Shown: positions 26,815 through 36,618, counted from the stretch's first letter. The stretch is DNA of 59,835 nt from Candidatus Saccharimonadia bacterium (GCA_038244585.1 JBBRTI010000003.1:1-59835); one strand, 5' to 3'. Numbers and translations: made by a program. The notes: generated by a model not told the origin, from the letters alone.

Positions 26815-29751
26815 TCAGGAACAACCTGAAGTCGTACCGCAGCCTTCGCAGGCGTGGCATGACCCGGAAGGCCGCATCTGTGTCCCGCAAAGCGGGCAGA
26901 TCGGTGCGTCCTGCGAGTAACCCTGCTGCTTAAGGATGTCGGCCGACGAGTGGATCTCGTCGCCTGCAACCTTGACAGAAGCCGTGCCAGCCGCACTTGT
27001 TGCCCGGGCGGCAGCAATGGTGACACTGCGCATATCCTCGACCAGTTCCGCCGCGAGCTCCTCGTCTGTCTCCTCCGGCGCCATATAGCTGCCGGTCTCG
27101 AGTTGACGCGTGCGCTCATCGGCGGTGTAGATACTGCTGGATGATCGAGTTTCGAAGTCCATGTAATCCAACGCCAGGCGCCGGAACACGTAGTCCATAA
27201 TGGACTGCGCCATCCTCACATCCTTGTCGTCCGTCGGTCCGGCCGGCTCGAAGCGGAGGTTGGTGAACTTGTCGACGAAGGTTTCGAGCGGCACCCCGTA
27301 TTGGAGGCCGATCGACACCGCGATGGAGAACGCATCCATGACGCCGCCCAGGGTGGACCCCTGCTTGCCGAACTTAAGGAAGAGCTCACCGAGGCGGCCG
27401 TCGGGATAGGTCCCGGCGGTGAGGTAGCCCTCGGCACCGCCCACAGCGAACGACGTCGTCTGCGACGCCCGACGCTTCGGGAGGCGGGTACGGACCGGCC
27501 GGTACTCGATGACCGGACCGGACTTTGCGGCGGCCGCATTTTTAGCGGTCGAGCCACCATCAGACAGCGGTTGTCCGACCTTGCAGGCGTCGCGGTAAAC
27601 CGCGAGTGCCTTCAGACCGAGCTTCCAGCCCTGCATGTAGACCTCGGCGATGTCTTCCACCGTCGCGGACTCAGGCAGGTTGACCGTCTTGGAGATGGCT
27701 CCGCTGATGAACGGCTGGGTTGCCGCCATCATCAGAACATGTCCCATAGCTTCGATAGAACGTGCACCCATGGCCGTGTCAAACACCTCGTAATGCTCCC
27801 GCTTGAGGCCGGGTGCATCGATGACATGACCCTTGTCGGCGATGTGCGCCACGATGGCTGCGGTCTCAACGACTGAGTATCCGAGCTGCTTCAGGGCCCG
27901 CGGAACCGTCTGGTTGACGATCTCCATGGAGCCGCCGCCCACCAACTTCTTGAACTTGACTAGCGAGAAGTCGGGCTCGATGCCCGTCGTGTCACAGTCC
28001 ATCATGAAGCCGATAGTCCCGGTGGGAGCCAGCACCGACGCTTGCGCGTTACGGTAACCGAACTGTACGCCGAGAGCATTACCATCGATCCACACCTGTT
28101 CGGCGAGCGCGGCCACATGGGCCGAGTCGTCATCCAGATGCTGGATGTTGGCGGTCGCTTCGGTGTGCAACGCCATTACGTCCTGGTGCGCAGCGCGGTT
28201 GATGGCATAGCCATCGTACGCCCCAACGACGCCAGCGAGTTCGGCACTGCGCTTGTAGGCGGAGGCCGTCATGAGACTAGTGACGCTGGCGGCCAACGCT
28301 CGGCCGCCATCAGAGTCGTAACCCTTGCCCAGCGCCATGAGGAGCGCACCGAGGTTGGCATAGCCGACACCGAGCTGGCGGTACCGCTTGGTGGTGTCAC
28401 GGATGGGTTCCGTCGGGAAGTCCCCGAAGGCGATGGAAATCTCCATCGCCGTCACCACAAGCTCTACGGCCTGGGCGAACAGCTCCGCGTTGAAGCGGTT
28501 ATCGTCGTCCAGGAACTTGAGCAGGTTGAGACTCGCCAGGTTGCAGGCGGAGTTGTCCAACGACATGTACTCGCTGCACGGGTTCGAGGCCGTGATGGGC
28601 CCTGTCGCCTTGTTGGTGTGCCACTTGTTGATAGTGTCGTTGTACTGGATTCCGGGATCGGCGCATTCCCAGGCGGCCTGCACGATCTTGCCGTACAGCT
28701 CGGCCGCGTTCACCTCGCCGATTATTGCGCCCGGATAGGGCTTGGACCGAGCCCGCAAGGGCGCCTGTCCGCCGGTCTCCACCAGTCCCATGAACTCATC
28801 GGTCACGCGAACCGAGTTGTTGGCGTTCTGGTACTGAACGCTCGGCGCGTCACGACCGTTGAGGTCCATGTCGTAACCCGCGTCACGCAGGGCGCGGATC
28901 TTGCCCTCTTCACGAGCCTTGGTCTCGACGAACTCCTCGATGTCGGGGTGGTCCACGTCCAGCACAACCATCTTGGCAGCGCGGCGGGTTGCCCCGCCGG
29001 AACTGATGGTGCCGGCCGAGGCGTCCGCCCCGCGCATGAAGCTCACCGGACCGGAGGCCGTGCCACCGGTGGAGAGCGTCTCCTTGGAACTGCGCAGACA
29101 GCTCAGGTTCACACCCGCGCCACTGCCGCCCTTGAAGATTAGACCCTCCTCCTTGTACCAGTTGAGGATCGAGTCCATGGTGTCATCGATGGCCAGGATG
29201 AAGCAGGCAGAAACCTGCTGCTCACGCCGAGCCGCGCCGACGTTGAACCACACCGGTGAGTTGAAGCTGAAGTACTGGTGAATCAGCATGTACTTCAGCT
29301 CGTGCTCGAAGATCTCGAGGTCGTCCGGGTGGATGTAGCCGTTGACGTCGGCCGCCGCCACATAGGTGTCGACGACGCGGTCGACGAGCTCACGGATACT
29401 GGTCTCACGACCAGGCTGCCCGACGGTGCCGCGGAAGTACTTGGTCACGACGATTGTCGCGGCGTTGACCGACCAGAAATCAGGCACCTCCACTCCGAGC
29501 TGCTCAAAGATGACCACGCCGGTCTTGTGGTTCTCCTGCTTGATGTCGCGGCTCTCCCAGTCGATCTCGTCGTATGGGTGGGCGCCGGGCACGGTGAACA
29601 GACGCTTGATGCGGAGGCGCTTGGACTCGTCATTGATGTTGGTGACGGGCAAGCCGTCCTGCTCGTCGCGCGAGCGCTGGAACTCCACGAGATCTCGAAT
29701 ACCTGTCTTGTCCAGGATAACCTGGCTTTCGACCATGATAGTCATGTGCAT
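26815..29751 (-). CDS. nrdJ: Class II (adenosylcobalamin-dependent) ribonucleotide reductase
   Basis: FNSPVWFN, SACFI, SGGATRRAAKM, QNANNSV, SNPCSEY, CNLASLN, APTGTI. C-terminal TSCPD-like domain and C..CG....SGSC..C..CG..SGCS. Confidence 0.96.
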   Translation of the reverse strand: MHMTIMVESQVILDKTGIRDLVEFQRSRDEQDGLPVTNINDESKRLRIKRLFTVPGAHPYDEIDWESRDIKQENHKTGVVIFEQLGVEVPDFWSVNAATIVVTKYFRGTVGQPGRETSIRELVDRVVDTYVAAADVNGYIHPDDLEIFEHELKYMLIHQYFSFNSPVWFNVGAARREQQVSACFILAIDDTMDSILNWYKEEGLIFKGGSGAGVNLSCLRSSKETLSTGGTASGPVSFMRGADASAGTISSGGATRRAAKMVVLDVDHPDIEEFVETKAREEGKIRALRDAGYDMDLNGRDAPSVQYQNANNSVRVTDEFMGLVETGGQAPLRARSKPYPGAIIGEVNAAELYGKIVQAAWECADPGIQYNDTINKWHTNKATGPITASNPCSEYMSLDNSACNLASLNLLKFLDDDNRFNAELFAQAVELVVTAMEISIAFGDFPTEPIRDTTKRYRQLGVGYANLGALLMALGKGYDSDGGRALAASVTSLMTASAYKRSAELAGVVGAYDGYAINRAAHQDVMALHTEATANIQHLDDDSAHVAALAEQVWIDGNALGVQFGYRNAQASVLAPTGTIGFMMDCDTTGIEPDFSLVKFKKLVGGGSMEIVNQTVPRALKQLGYSVVETAAIVAHIADKGHVIDAPGLKREHYEVFDTAMGARSIEAMGHVLMMAATQPFISGAISKTVNLPESATVEDIAEVYMQGWKLGLKALAVYRDACKVGQPLSDGGSTAKNAAAAKSGPVIEYRPVRTRLPKRRASQTTSFAVGGAEGYLTAGTYPDGRLGELFLKFGKQGSTLGGVMDAFSIAVSIGLQYGVPLETFVDKFTNLRFEPAGPTDDKDVRMAQSIMDYVFRRLALDYMDFETRSSSSIYTADERTRQLETGSYMAPEETDEELAAELVEDMRSVTIAAARATSAAGTASVKVAGDEIHSSADILKQQGYSQDAPICPLCGTQMRPSGSCHACEGCGTTSGCS

Positions 29752-29769
29752 TCACTCCCTCTCCTGCCT

Positions 29770-29871
29770 CGCGGCAGTGTTTAATTGCCGCGGGACAGTC
29801 TGATTGACTGTAGTTGGACCGCGGAAAGCGGGGCCCCTACACCCTCCATAGGGTCCCCAATTTCCGCGGTC
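29770..29871 (-). other. Structured nrdJ 5' leader (three stem-loops)
   Basis: GACCGCGGAAA/TTTCCGCGGTC enclosing GGGGCCCCTA/TAGGGTCCCC, then CAGTC/GACTG and CGCGGCA/TGCCGCG. Confidence 0.55.
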
Positions 29872-29996
29872 AACCATCAGGACAGCGAGTGTGGTGATAG
29901 TTTCGAACTTTTGCTGTCAAAATACGATCTGATCCGCTAGGAACCAGTCCGGAGGCACAACCTGCCTATACCCCCGGACCGATTACCGGCCATTGT

Positions 29997-30455
29997 CTAT
30001 ATTATGCGTGTCTTGAGCCGCTGGAGCTCCGCTTCAAAACTGGCGACGTCGGTAAAGCTACGGTAAACGCTGGCGAAGCGGACGTAAGCGACGTCATCGA
30101 GGGCAGCCAGCTTCTTCATAACCATCTCGCCAATCTTGGTGCTGGCGATTTCGGCTTCGCCGGAGGCGCGCACTTCTCGTTCGATTTGAGAGATGAGCTC
30201 TTCTATATGCGCTATTGCAATGGGCCGCTTTTCGACGGCGCGGTAGATGCCGGAGGCGACTTTGCTGCGCGCGAACAACTCGCGCCGATTGTCCTTTTTG
30301 ATGACGGCGATGGTTGGCATCTCCATCCGCTCGTAGGTTGTGAAACGCGCACCACACCTCAGACACTGACGGCGACGGCGGATTGTGGACGAATCGTCAA
30401 CGTCCCTAGATTCCACGACTTTCGAGTCGATGTAATCACAGTCAAAACATTTCAT
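29997..30455 (-). CDS. nrdR: Transcriptional repressor NrdR
   Basis: MKCFDC..DSKVVESR..IRRRRQC..C..RFTTYER, ATP cone, LD.VAYVRFASVYR.F. AGGAGG SD before the ATG at 30455. Confidence 0.96.
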   Translation of the reverse strand: MKCFDCDYIDSKVVESRDVDDSSTIRRRRQCLRCGARFTTYERMEMPTIAVIKKDNRRELFARSKVASGIYRAVEKRPIAIAHIEELISQIEREVRASGEAEIASTKIGEMVMKKLAALDDVAYVRFASVYRSFTDVASFEAELQRLKTRII

Positions 30456-30479
30456 TTTTACCACCCTCCTGTCTGACGC

Positions 30480-30495
30480 ACCCCATATATGGTGT
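30480..30495. promoter_or_regulatory. NrdR box
   Basis: ACCCCATATATGGTGT fits the acaCwAtATaTwGtgt consensus. Confidence 0.75.
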
Positions 30496-30599
30496 GTCGT
30501 GCTTCCTAGTATAACGCTAGGCTTGCATGGATCGTCAACTGTTTTATTTCTTCCCCTAGCCAAGCCATAAAACTATGAATATGAGCAATATTAAATTAC

Positions 30600-30608
30600 T
30601 TTTCCACA
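30600..30608 (+). promoter_or_regulatory. DnaA box
   Basis: TTTTCCACA, adjacent to the second NrdR box. Confidence 0.5.
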
Positions 30609-30614
30609 GTTTAA

Positions 30615-30630
30615 ACACAATATGTAGCGT
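30615..30630. promoter_or_regulatory. NrdR box
   Basis: ACACAATATGTAGCGT fits the consensus. Confidence 0.75.
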
Positions 30631-30676
30631 CTGCCGAACAGTTGGCAACGCTAAAACATGGTTGTTTCCAGACGAC

Positions 30677-30705
30677 AAAAAAAGACCCAGTGGTTCTGGG
30701 TCTTT
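30677..30705 (-). terminator. ftsZ terminator
   Basis: AAAGACCCAG/CTGGGTCTTT stem with a T run. Confidence 0.85.
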
Positions 30706-30721
30706 CTAAGTTGGCGATTGA

Positions 30722-32167
30722 CTACTCGACTTTGCGGCGAATGAACGCCGGAACATCCAGATCATCGTCATCAATGCCAAGGTCGGCCAAAGGCAGTTTG
30801 CGGGCGAAACTGGCTTCCGGCTCATCGAAGGCAGGAAGAACCGGTTCGTCATCCTCGCTATGGTGTGCCTTGTGTGGGGCAGCGTGGAGTGGGCGCTTGG
30901 CCTGGTGAGCCCGATCATTGTCATCCGGCTCAATTGAGGCCAGTGGTTGGAACCGGCGCGGCGGGACGGCGGATTCCGGCTCATGCGCTGGAAAAACGAC
31001 ATCCGGTTCGGGTTCCGTCTGCGGCCGCTCATTAATGAAGGGCTGGCGTACCGTCGGTACGACGGCAGGACGAGGAAAAATCGGCTGTGGTTCCGGCTCA
31101 GATTCCGGTTCAAGTTCCTCCTCGAGCTCCGGCTGCTGCCTGGAAATGACTACCGGCGTACCTGCAGCCTGCTCCGATCGGTTGGAGTGAAACTGCCCGC
31201 GCAGTTCTTTGGGCGTATTATCAAAGCCGGTCGCGACGACGGTGATCAGAATGTCGTCTTCCAGGCTGTCGTCAAGGACAGCACCGAAGATGATGTTGGC
31301 CTCAGGGTCGACGGCATCGGTGACAGTCTTAGCCGCTTCGTCGATTTCATGCATTGTCATATTGCGGCCGCCGGTAATGTTGAACAGGACACCGCGCGCG
31401 CCTTCGATACTGGTTTCGAGCAACGGACTGTCGATGGCCTGGCGGGCCGCTTCGACGGCGCGGTTGTCGCCCTTGGCCCGGCCAATGCCCATCAGGGCGG
31501 AACCAGCATTACTCATGATGGCCTTGACGTCGGCGAAGTCCAGATTAATCAGACCGTGGATGGTAATAAGGTTACTGATCCCCTGAACACCCTGCTGGAG
31601 GACTTCATCCACGATACCAAAGGCATCAACCAGTGAAGTCTTACGGTCGATCATCTGAAGTAGCCGGTCGTTTGGAATTGTGATCAATGTGTCTACATTG
31701 TCCTTAAGTTCCCGGATGCCGGCTTCAGCGCTGCGCCGGCGGCGTTCGCCTTCAAAGGTGAACGGCTTGGTTACGATACCGACGACCAGGGCTCCGGCTT
31801 CTCTGGCCGCGGCCGCTATATATGGTGCGGATCCGGTACCGGTGCCGCCGCCTTCACCAAGGGTAATAAAGACCATGTCGGCGCCTTTGACGGCCTCGTA
31901 TATTTCCTGTTCGCTTTCCTCAGCGGCCTTGCGACCGACCTCCGGATCCGCCCCAGCACCGAGTCCGCGAGTCGTCTCGCGACCGATATGAATTTTACTG
32001 GGAGCCTTAGCATGCACCAGAGCCTGAGCATCGGTATTGATTACCGAAAATTCCACACCTTGCATTTTTGCATCGATCATGCGGTTGATGGCCGATCCGC
32101 CACCGCCGCCTATGCCTATAACTTTGATCCGGGCCGATGTGTCGACCTCGGGCAGTATCTCTGCCAT
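30722..32167 (-). CDS. ftsZ: Cell division protein FtsZ
   Basis: [36 protein letters not shown]-terminal [17 protein letters not shown] upstream of the ATG at 32167. Confidence 0.98.
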   Translation of the reverse strand: MAEILPEVDTSARIKVIGIGGGGGSAINRMIDAKMQGVEFSVINTDAQALVHAKAPSKIHIGRETTRGLGAGADPEVGRKAAEESEQEIYEAVKGADMVFITLGEGGGTGTGSAPYIAAAAREAGALVVGIVTKPFTFEGERRRRSAEAGIRELKDNVDTLITIPNDRLLQMIDRKTSLVDAFGIVDEVLQQGVQGISNLITIHGLINLDFADVKAIMSNAGSALMGIGRAKGDNRAVEAARQAIDSPLLETSIEGARGVLFNITGGRNMTMHEIDEAAKTVTDAVDPEANIIFGAVLDDSLEDDILITVVATGFDNTPKELRGQFHSNRSEQAAGTPVVISRQQPELEEELEPESEPEPQPIFPRPAVVPTVRQPFINERPQTEPEPDVVFPAHEPESAVPPRRFQPLASIEPDDNDRAHQAKRPLHAAPHKAHHSEDDEPVLPAFDEPEASFARKLPLADLGIDDDDLDVPAFIRRKVE

Positions 32168-32399
32168 ATATATGTAACTCCTTACCACAAGCCCTAAGCT
32201 GTGTTAACCACTAGCGGGTACAACGTCAACTCTAAACGGTTATAAAAAACAATGCAACTTTTTTATTCGGCTGTATGAAGCCAAATTTATCGTATAAATT
32301 ATGTATTCTAAAATACTTATTTCTGCCTTATACAAGGTATATAAATTTGAACTAAATGTAGTATTGCTTATGCTTGAACAAAATTTGTCTGCATAAAAG

Positions 32400-32408
32400 T
32401 TTTCCACA
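32400..32408 (+). promoter_or_regulatory. DnaA box upstream of ftsZ
   Basis: TTTTCCACA in an AT-rich intergenic region. Confidence 0.45.
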
Positions 32409-32582
32409 ACCTGTCATTCTTAGCCTAAAATAGGCCTCTAAATAAGCGCTCATGCTTTCGTTACTAGCGAGCTTGGCAGTTAGTTCATCCAAGGACAGGG
32501 CAACTCATTTACCCAATTAAGTACAAGCCGTGCATACATTGCAAAATGTACCTTCCCCTTCCCGCCCATTACGTGCTAGAAC

Positions 32583-32611
32583 AAAAGAAAACCCCTCTAG
32601 TAAGGGGTTTT
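32583..32611 (-). terminator. ftsA terminator
   Basis: AAAACCCCT/AGGGGTTTT stem. Confidence 0.8.
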
Positions 32612-32628
32612 CAGAGGAATTATTGAAT

Positions 32629-33885
32629 CTACGGGAGCAGGTTCTTGAATAGACCTTTGATCTTGTCGACCGTCTGGCCGATTTTGGCTCCCGGAGCCGC
32701 TTGAGGCGCGCCATGAGTCATGTTTTCCAGCATCAGCCCGATGGGAGCGGCGAAGGCCGGGTCATTGATGCGGTCAACAATACCAGTGAAGCCCTCAGGC
32801 TTCCCTACGATGGCCGGCAGCTGCAGCAACTCCTTGGCAAGCTCCTCGATACCAATCATCTTGGATCCGCCTCCAGTCAGGACAACGCCGCCAGGTAGCA
32901 GGTGGTCCTTGCCGATCTTCTTCAGCTCCCCGCGCACCAGATGGAAAATCTCTTCCAGTCGGGCGTCGGCGATGCGCTGCAGTTCACGGCGGGTCATGAC
33001 GTTATCGTCGCTGTCGAGCTCCTCAATGCGGATTTTCTCGGTCATGTTCAGACGGGCAGTGTGGGCGCGACCGTATTTGAGCTTTATCTTCTCAGCCACG
33101 TCGATGTCGGTCTTAAGGCCGATGGCCAGATCGTTGGTAATGTGGCCCGCGCCGACGGGAAGCACGCTGGAATAGAGCACATCGCCCTCTTCATACACGG
33201 CGATGCCCGTGGTGCCGCCGCCAATGTCGATTACGGCAACGCCCAGTTCCATCTGACGCTTAGTCAGGACGGCGCGCCCGGCGGCCAGTGCGACCAGAAC
33301 CTGGCCCTGAATTTCTATGCCGGCCTGATAAATGCTGCGGTTCAGGTTCTTGATAGCCGGGGTGGCACCGGTAATGATATGGCTCTCAACCTCAAGCCTC
33401 ACGCCGTTCATGCCCACAGGATCCTTGATGTTGCTCTGAGAGTCAACGGCGTAGCTGCGCGGGAACACCTGGAGAATCTCGCGGTTAGGCGGCAGTTGAA
33501 TGGCTGTAGCTGCCTCTTCCACCCGGTACAGGTCATCGAGAGAAATTTCATTGTCGGCCCGGCCGACGGCAATCACGCCCTTGGAGTTCAGGCTTTGTAC
33601 GTGCGCGCCGTCGATAGAGATAGTCGCCCGGTCGATAGAGATACCGGAAATGCGCTCCGCCTCGTCGACGGCAGCAGTAATCGAGGACACAGTCTCATCC
33701 ACGTCAACAACCACGCCCTTTCGCATGCCGCTTGTCGGGGCCACGCCGACGCCGATTACGCTGGGTTTGGCCGAACCCTCCTCGTGGAGGCCGACAATGC
33801 AGCAAACCTTAGTGCTGCCGACGTCGAGTCCGATGTAGATTTGTTCCGCGGGACCTGCTGCCATGTTGATTGCCAGTTTCTTCAT
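32629..33885 (-). CDS. ftsA: Cell division protein FtsA
   Basis: GLDVGSTKV, GMRKGVVVD, IDIGGGTT, GAGHITNDLA..L, GGVVLTGGGS. Confidence 0.97.
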   Translation of the reverse strand: MKKLAINMAAGPAEQIYIGLDVGSTKVCCIVGLHEEGSAKPSVIGVGVAPTSGMRKGVVVDVDETVSSITAAVDEAERISGISIDRATISIDGAHVQSLNSKGVIAVGRADNEISLDDLYRVEEAATAIQLPPNREILQVFPRSYAVDSQSNIKDPVGMNGVRLEVESHIITGATPAIKNLNRSIYQAGIEIQGQVLVALAAGRAVLTKRQMELGVAVIDIGGGTTGIAVYEEGDVLYSSVLPVGAGHITNDLAIGLKTDIDVAEKIKLKYGRAHTARLNMTEKIRIEELDSDDNVMTRRELQRIADARLEEIFHLVRGELKKIGKDHLLPGGVVLTGGGSKMIGIEELAKELLQLPAIVGKPEGFTGIVDRINDPAFAAPIGLMLENMTHGAPQAAPGAKIGQTVDKIKGLFKNLLP

Positions 33886-33994
33886 TGAGCTAATTATAAT
33901 GCTTATGTACTAGTGTGTGCAAATCGTGTGTACACCATGAGTATACGCTTTAGGATCGTTTCTGAAAATAAACGTGGCGAACACATTCCGTGTT

Positions 33995-34741
33995 CTACTT
34001 GGTCAGGATCTCCACGCCGTCGGGTAGCACCAGCACAGTATGCTCATGTTGTGAACCCAGGGAGCCGTCAGCGGTACGGATGGTCCAGTGGTCGTTATCA
34101 ACGCTTATTTCATGAGTTCCAAGCGTTGCCATTGGTTCAATAGCGATAGTCATACCAGCCTTGAGCCGCATCCCACGACCGGCCGGGCCGTAGTTAAGTA
34201 CCAGAGGATCCTCGTGCACCTGATGACCTACGCCGTGACCGCTCAGGTCTTCAATCACACCGAGCTTATCAGCTCGAAGACGCATCTCGATAGCGTGGGC
34301 GATATCGCCGAGCCGAGCACCTTCGCGGACTTGAGCAATCCCCTTGTCCAGCGATTGGTGCGTCGCGGTCAATAGCCTCTGAGCATCGCTTGAAATTTCG
34401 CCGACCGGAACCGTTACGGCTCCATCGGTAATCATGCCGTGATAAGTAACCCCGAAATCCAGACCCACGATATCACCGGCTCGCAGAATACGTTTGCCTG
34501 GAATGCCGTGAACTATCTCGTCATTGACCGAGATGCAGATAACTGCCGGGAAGCCCTCGTAACCGAGGAAGGCGGGTTCACCGCCAAGAGCCTTTAGCTC
34601 CGTTGCAGCCAGTCGGTCAAGCTCGCCGGTGGATATTCCGGGCACACACCTGGGCTCCAGAAAACGCAGCACAGCGGCCAGCATCCGGCCGCTCTCACGG
34701 ATGGCCGTAATTTCGGCTGGGGTCTTAATTTGATTCATCAT
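33995..34741 (-). CDS. map: Methionine aminopeptidase type I
   Basis: CISVNDEIVHGIP, DGAVT, GHGVG..VHEDP, AIEPM, HEHT. Confidence 0.97.
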   Translation of the reverse strand: MMNQIKTPAEITAIRESGRMLAAVLRFLEPRCVPGISTGELDRLAATELKALGGEPAFLGYEGFPAVICISVNDEIVHGIPGKRILRAGDIVGLDFGVTYHGMITDGAVTVPVGEISSDAQRLLTATHQSLDKGIAQVREGARLGDIAHAIEMRLRADKLGVIEDLSGHGVGHQVHEDPLVLNYGPAGRGMRLKAGMTIAIEPMATLGTHEISVDNDHWTIRTADGSLGSQHEHTVLVLPDGVEILTK

Positions 34742-35271
34742 ATGTTGAGTACCTTTATTATTCTGTCTTGAACTTCTTCTTGATTGCCGTTAGCGTCGAT
34801 CGTGCACAGCAGCCCCTGATCACGATAATGATTCAGTACCGGCATGGTCTCCTGCTCATATTCCAGCCACTTTTCCGCTAATGCCCGCTCACCGTCGTCG
34901 GAGCGCTGGCGTTCGTGCAGGCGGTTGATACTGGTGGTCTTTTCGACCTGGAGCAGTACCACCGCCTGCAACCTGATGCCAGTCCGCTTGACATAGTCAT
35001 CGAGCCAGCGGCTATCGTCTGCGGTACGAGGAAACCCATCCAGGACAACAGTATCTCCGGACTTGACCTTAGCCAGTGCCTCCCCTACGAGACCTTCAAC
35101 GACGTTCGACGGAGCTAACCTGCCGCTGGCCAGGAGTTCCTCACCGCCCGACGATTGCCTCAGCAGTCGGCCGCTGGATATGTGTTTCCACCCCATAACA
35201 GTTTCCAGAAGATCGGCCTGAGTCGACTTACCGGAACCGGTTGCGCCCATGAAGAGTATTAGAGAGGCCAT
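34738..35271 (-). CDS. adk: Adenylate kinase family protein
   Basis: GATGSGKSTQA, HISSG.LLR, LDGFPRT, R.DD. Confidence 0.9.
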   Translation of the reverse strand: MASLILFMGATGSGKSTQADLLETVMGWKHISSGRLLRQSSGGEELLASGRLAPSNVVEGLVGEALAKVKSGDTVVLDGFPRTADDSRWLDDYVKRTGIRLQAVVLLQVEKTTSINRLHERQRSDDGERALAEKWLEYEQETMPVLNHYRDQGLLCTIDANGNQEEVQDRIIKVLNI

Positions 35272-35621
35272 ATTTGCACCAGATAGGGTGTAAATATTTC
35301 AACACCGATGACAACGGCAGCAACTGCCGTCACCATGACCGCGCCGGCTGCCATATCCTTGATCAGCTTGACTTGAGGATGGTGGTTGGGCTCAACCAAG
35401 TCCAGCGTCTTCTCAAAGGCCGTGTTCATAATCTCTGCGAAGAAAACGATCACAATGGCAAGCAGGACGACGCCCAAATCGCCAGTCGTCAATCGTAGGA
35501 ACAAACCTGCTACCAGTACCATAACAGCGAACAATAAATGTATTCGAGCATTCTTCTCATGCTTTACGACATACTTGATGCCTCGCCAAGCGTGACCGAA
35601 ACTAGTGGCTAATCTTTCCAT
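35259..35621 (-). CDS. dgkA: Diacylglycerol/undecaprenol kinase family
   Basis: E.NARIH, AE..NTA.E..LDLV, IKD.AAGAV. Confidence 0.9.
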   Translation of the reverse strand: MERLATSFGHAWRGIKYVVKHEKNARIHLLFAVMVLVAGLFLRLTTGDLGVVLLAIVIVFFAEIMNTAFEKTLDLVEPNHHPQVKLIKDMAAGAVMVTAVAAVVIGVEIFTPYLVQIWPL

Positions 35622-36082
35622 GAAAACTCCCTATATGTAACACTGGCTTCTGCCATCAGGCTTTTATGCAACGTCTGCATAATCTCACGACCCTCGTCAT
35701 CCTGATGATCGTAGCCCCCGATATGGAGTACACCGTGCAGGCATAGCAGAGCGACTTCATCGGCCAGCTCAATTCCCGCCTCACCAGCTTGGCGGGCCGC
35801 GGTTTCCAGGCTGATAGCTATCTCGCCGATGACGCCTTCAATGGCTTCGCCAGTCTCCAGATAATTGAAGGACAAGACGTCGGTGGCGTAATCGTTGCCG
35901 CTGTACTCGCGGTTAAGGCGTCGGATTTCAGTGTCGCCGACAAAGGTGACGTTGATTGTTCCTCCGGGCAGGCCAATCTCAGCCGCACGTGCGGCCAGAA
36001 CACCGAAAACTCGGCCCATGGGTTCGGTATCTAGGCTTTCCGGTAAATCGCCGACAATCTCTAATTCTAGAGGGATGCTCAT
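35609..36082 (-). CDS. ybeY: rRNA maturation RNase YbeY
   Basis: LNREY.G.DYATDVLSF, G.I.IS, HG.LH..GYDH. Confidence 0.95.
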   Translation of the reverse strand: MSIPLELEIVGDLPESLDTEPMGRVFGVLAARAAEIGLPGGTINVTFVGDTEIRRLNREYSGNDYATDVLSFNYLETGEAIEGVIGEIAISLETAARQAGEAGIELADEVALLCLHGVLHIGGYDHQDDEGREIMQTLHKSLMAEASVTYREFSWKD

Positions 36083-36528
36083 TTGCCGGCCAGTTTCGCC
36101 TTAACCACCGCCGATACCACGCCCCCTTCGGCCCGTGCTCCCACTTCCTTCATGACGGCACCGATGACGGCCCCCATCTGCTTCATGTCCGTAGCACCAA
36201 GTCGAGCGATGACGTCATCGACGATTGTCGCCAGCTCAGTCTCGCTCAACGCCTCCGGCAGGTAGCCGGCAATGATGGCGAGCTCGTTAACTTCGATATC
36301 GACCAGATCCTGCCTCCCGGCCGCCTGATATTGTTCGATAGAGTCACGGCGCTGCTTAGCCTCACGTTGCAGCACCTTCATGGCCTCATCGTCGTCCAGC
36401 CCATGGCCGGCTTTAATGGCTTCATTCTGCATGGACGCCCGCAACAGGCGGATGACGCCGGTACGAAGGCTGTCTCCGGCTTTCATGCTGGAGGCCATAT
36501 CGGAGGTAAGAGTTTCGATAATTGTCAT
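36079..36528 (-). CDS. GatB/YqeY domain protein
   Basis: MKAGD..R..V.R.L, E.KQR.DSIEQY..AGR.DL...E..E..I...YLP, D.KQMG.V. Confidence 0.93.
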   Translation of the reverse strand: MTIIETLTSDMASSMKAGDSLRTGVIRLLRASMQNEAIKAGHGLDDDEAMKVLQREAKQRRDSIEQYQAAGRQDLVDIEVNELAIIAGYLPEALSETELATIVDDVIARLGATDMKQMGAVIGAVMKEVGARAEGGVVSAVVKAKLAGK

Positions 36529-36588
36529 TGGTTTTCCTGTATTTCTTACCTAATTGTAGCACTTTTAAGCAATTTATTGGCTCATATC

Positions 36589-36612
36589 AAAAAAAGCCCC
36601 CTTGAGGGGGCT
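36589..36612 (-). terminator. rpsU terminator
   Basis: AGCCCCC/GGGGGCT stem with a T run. Confidence 0.8.
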
Positions 36613-36618
36613 CTCTTA

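Noticed and set aside
27301-29803. Long + strand ORFs (191, 366, 168 and 145 aa) opposite nrdJ, and similar ones opposite ileS, ftsA, hisS and the fibre genes
   Set aside because: They are antisense shadows expected from GC-rich codon bias of the real genes, with no motifs.
29752-29996. Cobalamin riboswitch upstream of nrdJ
   Set aside because: No B12-box or other cobalamin consensus elements are visible on either strand.
32190-32460. Replication origin
   Set aside because: The region is AT-rich but has only one DnaA box and no dnaA/dnaN nearby.
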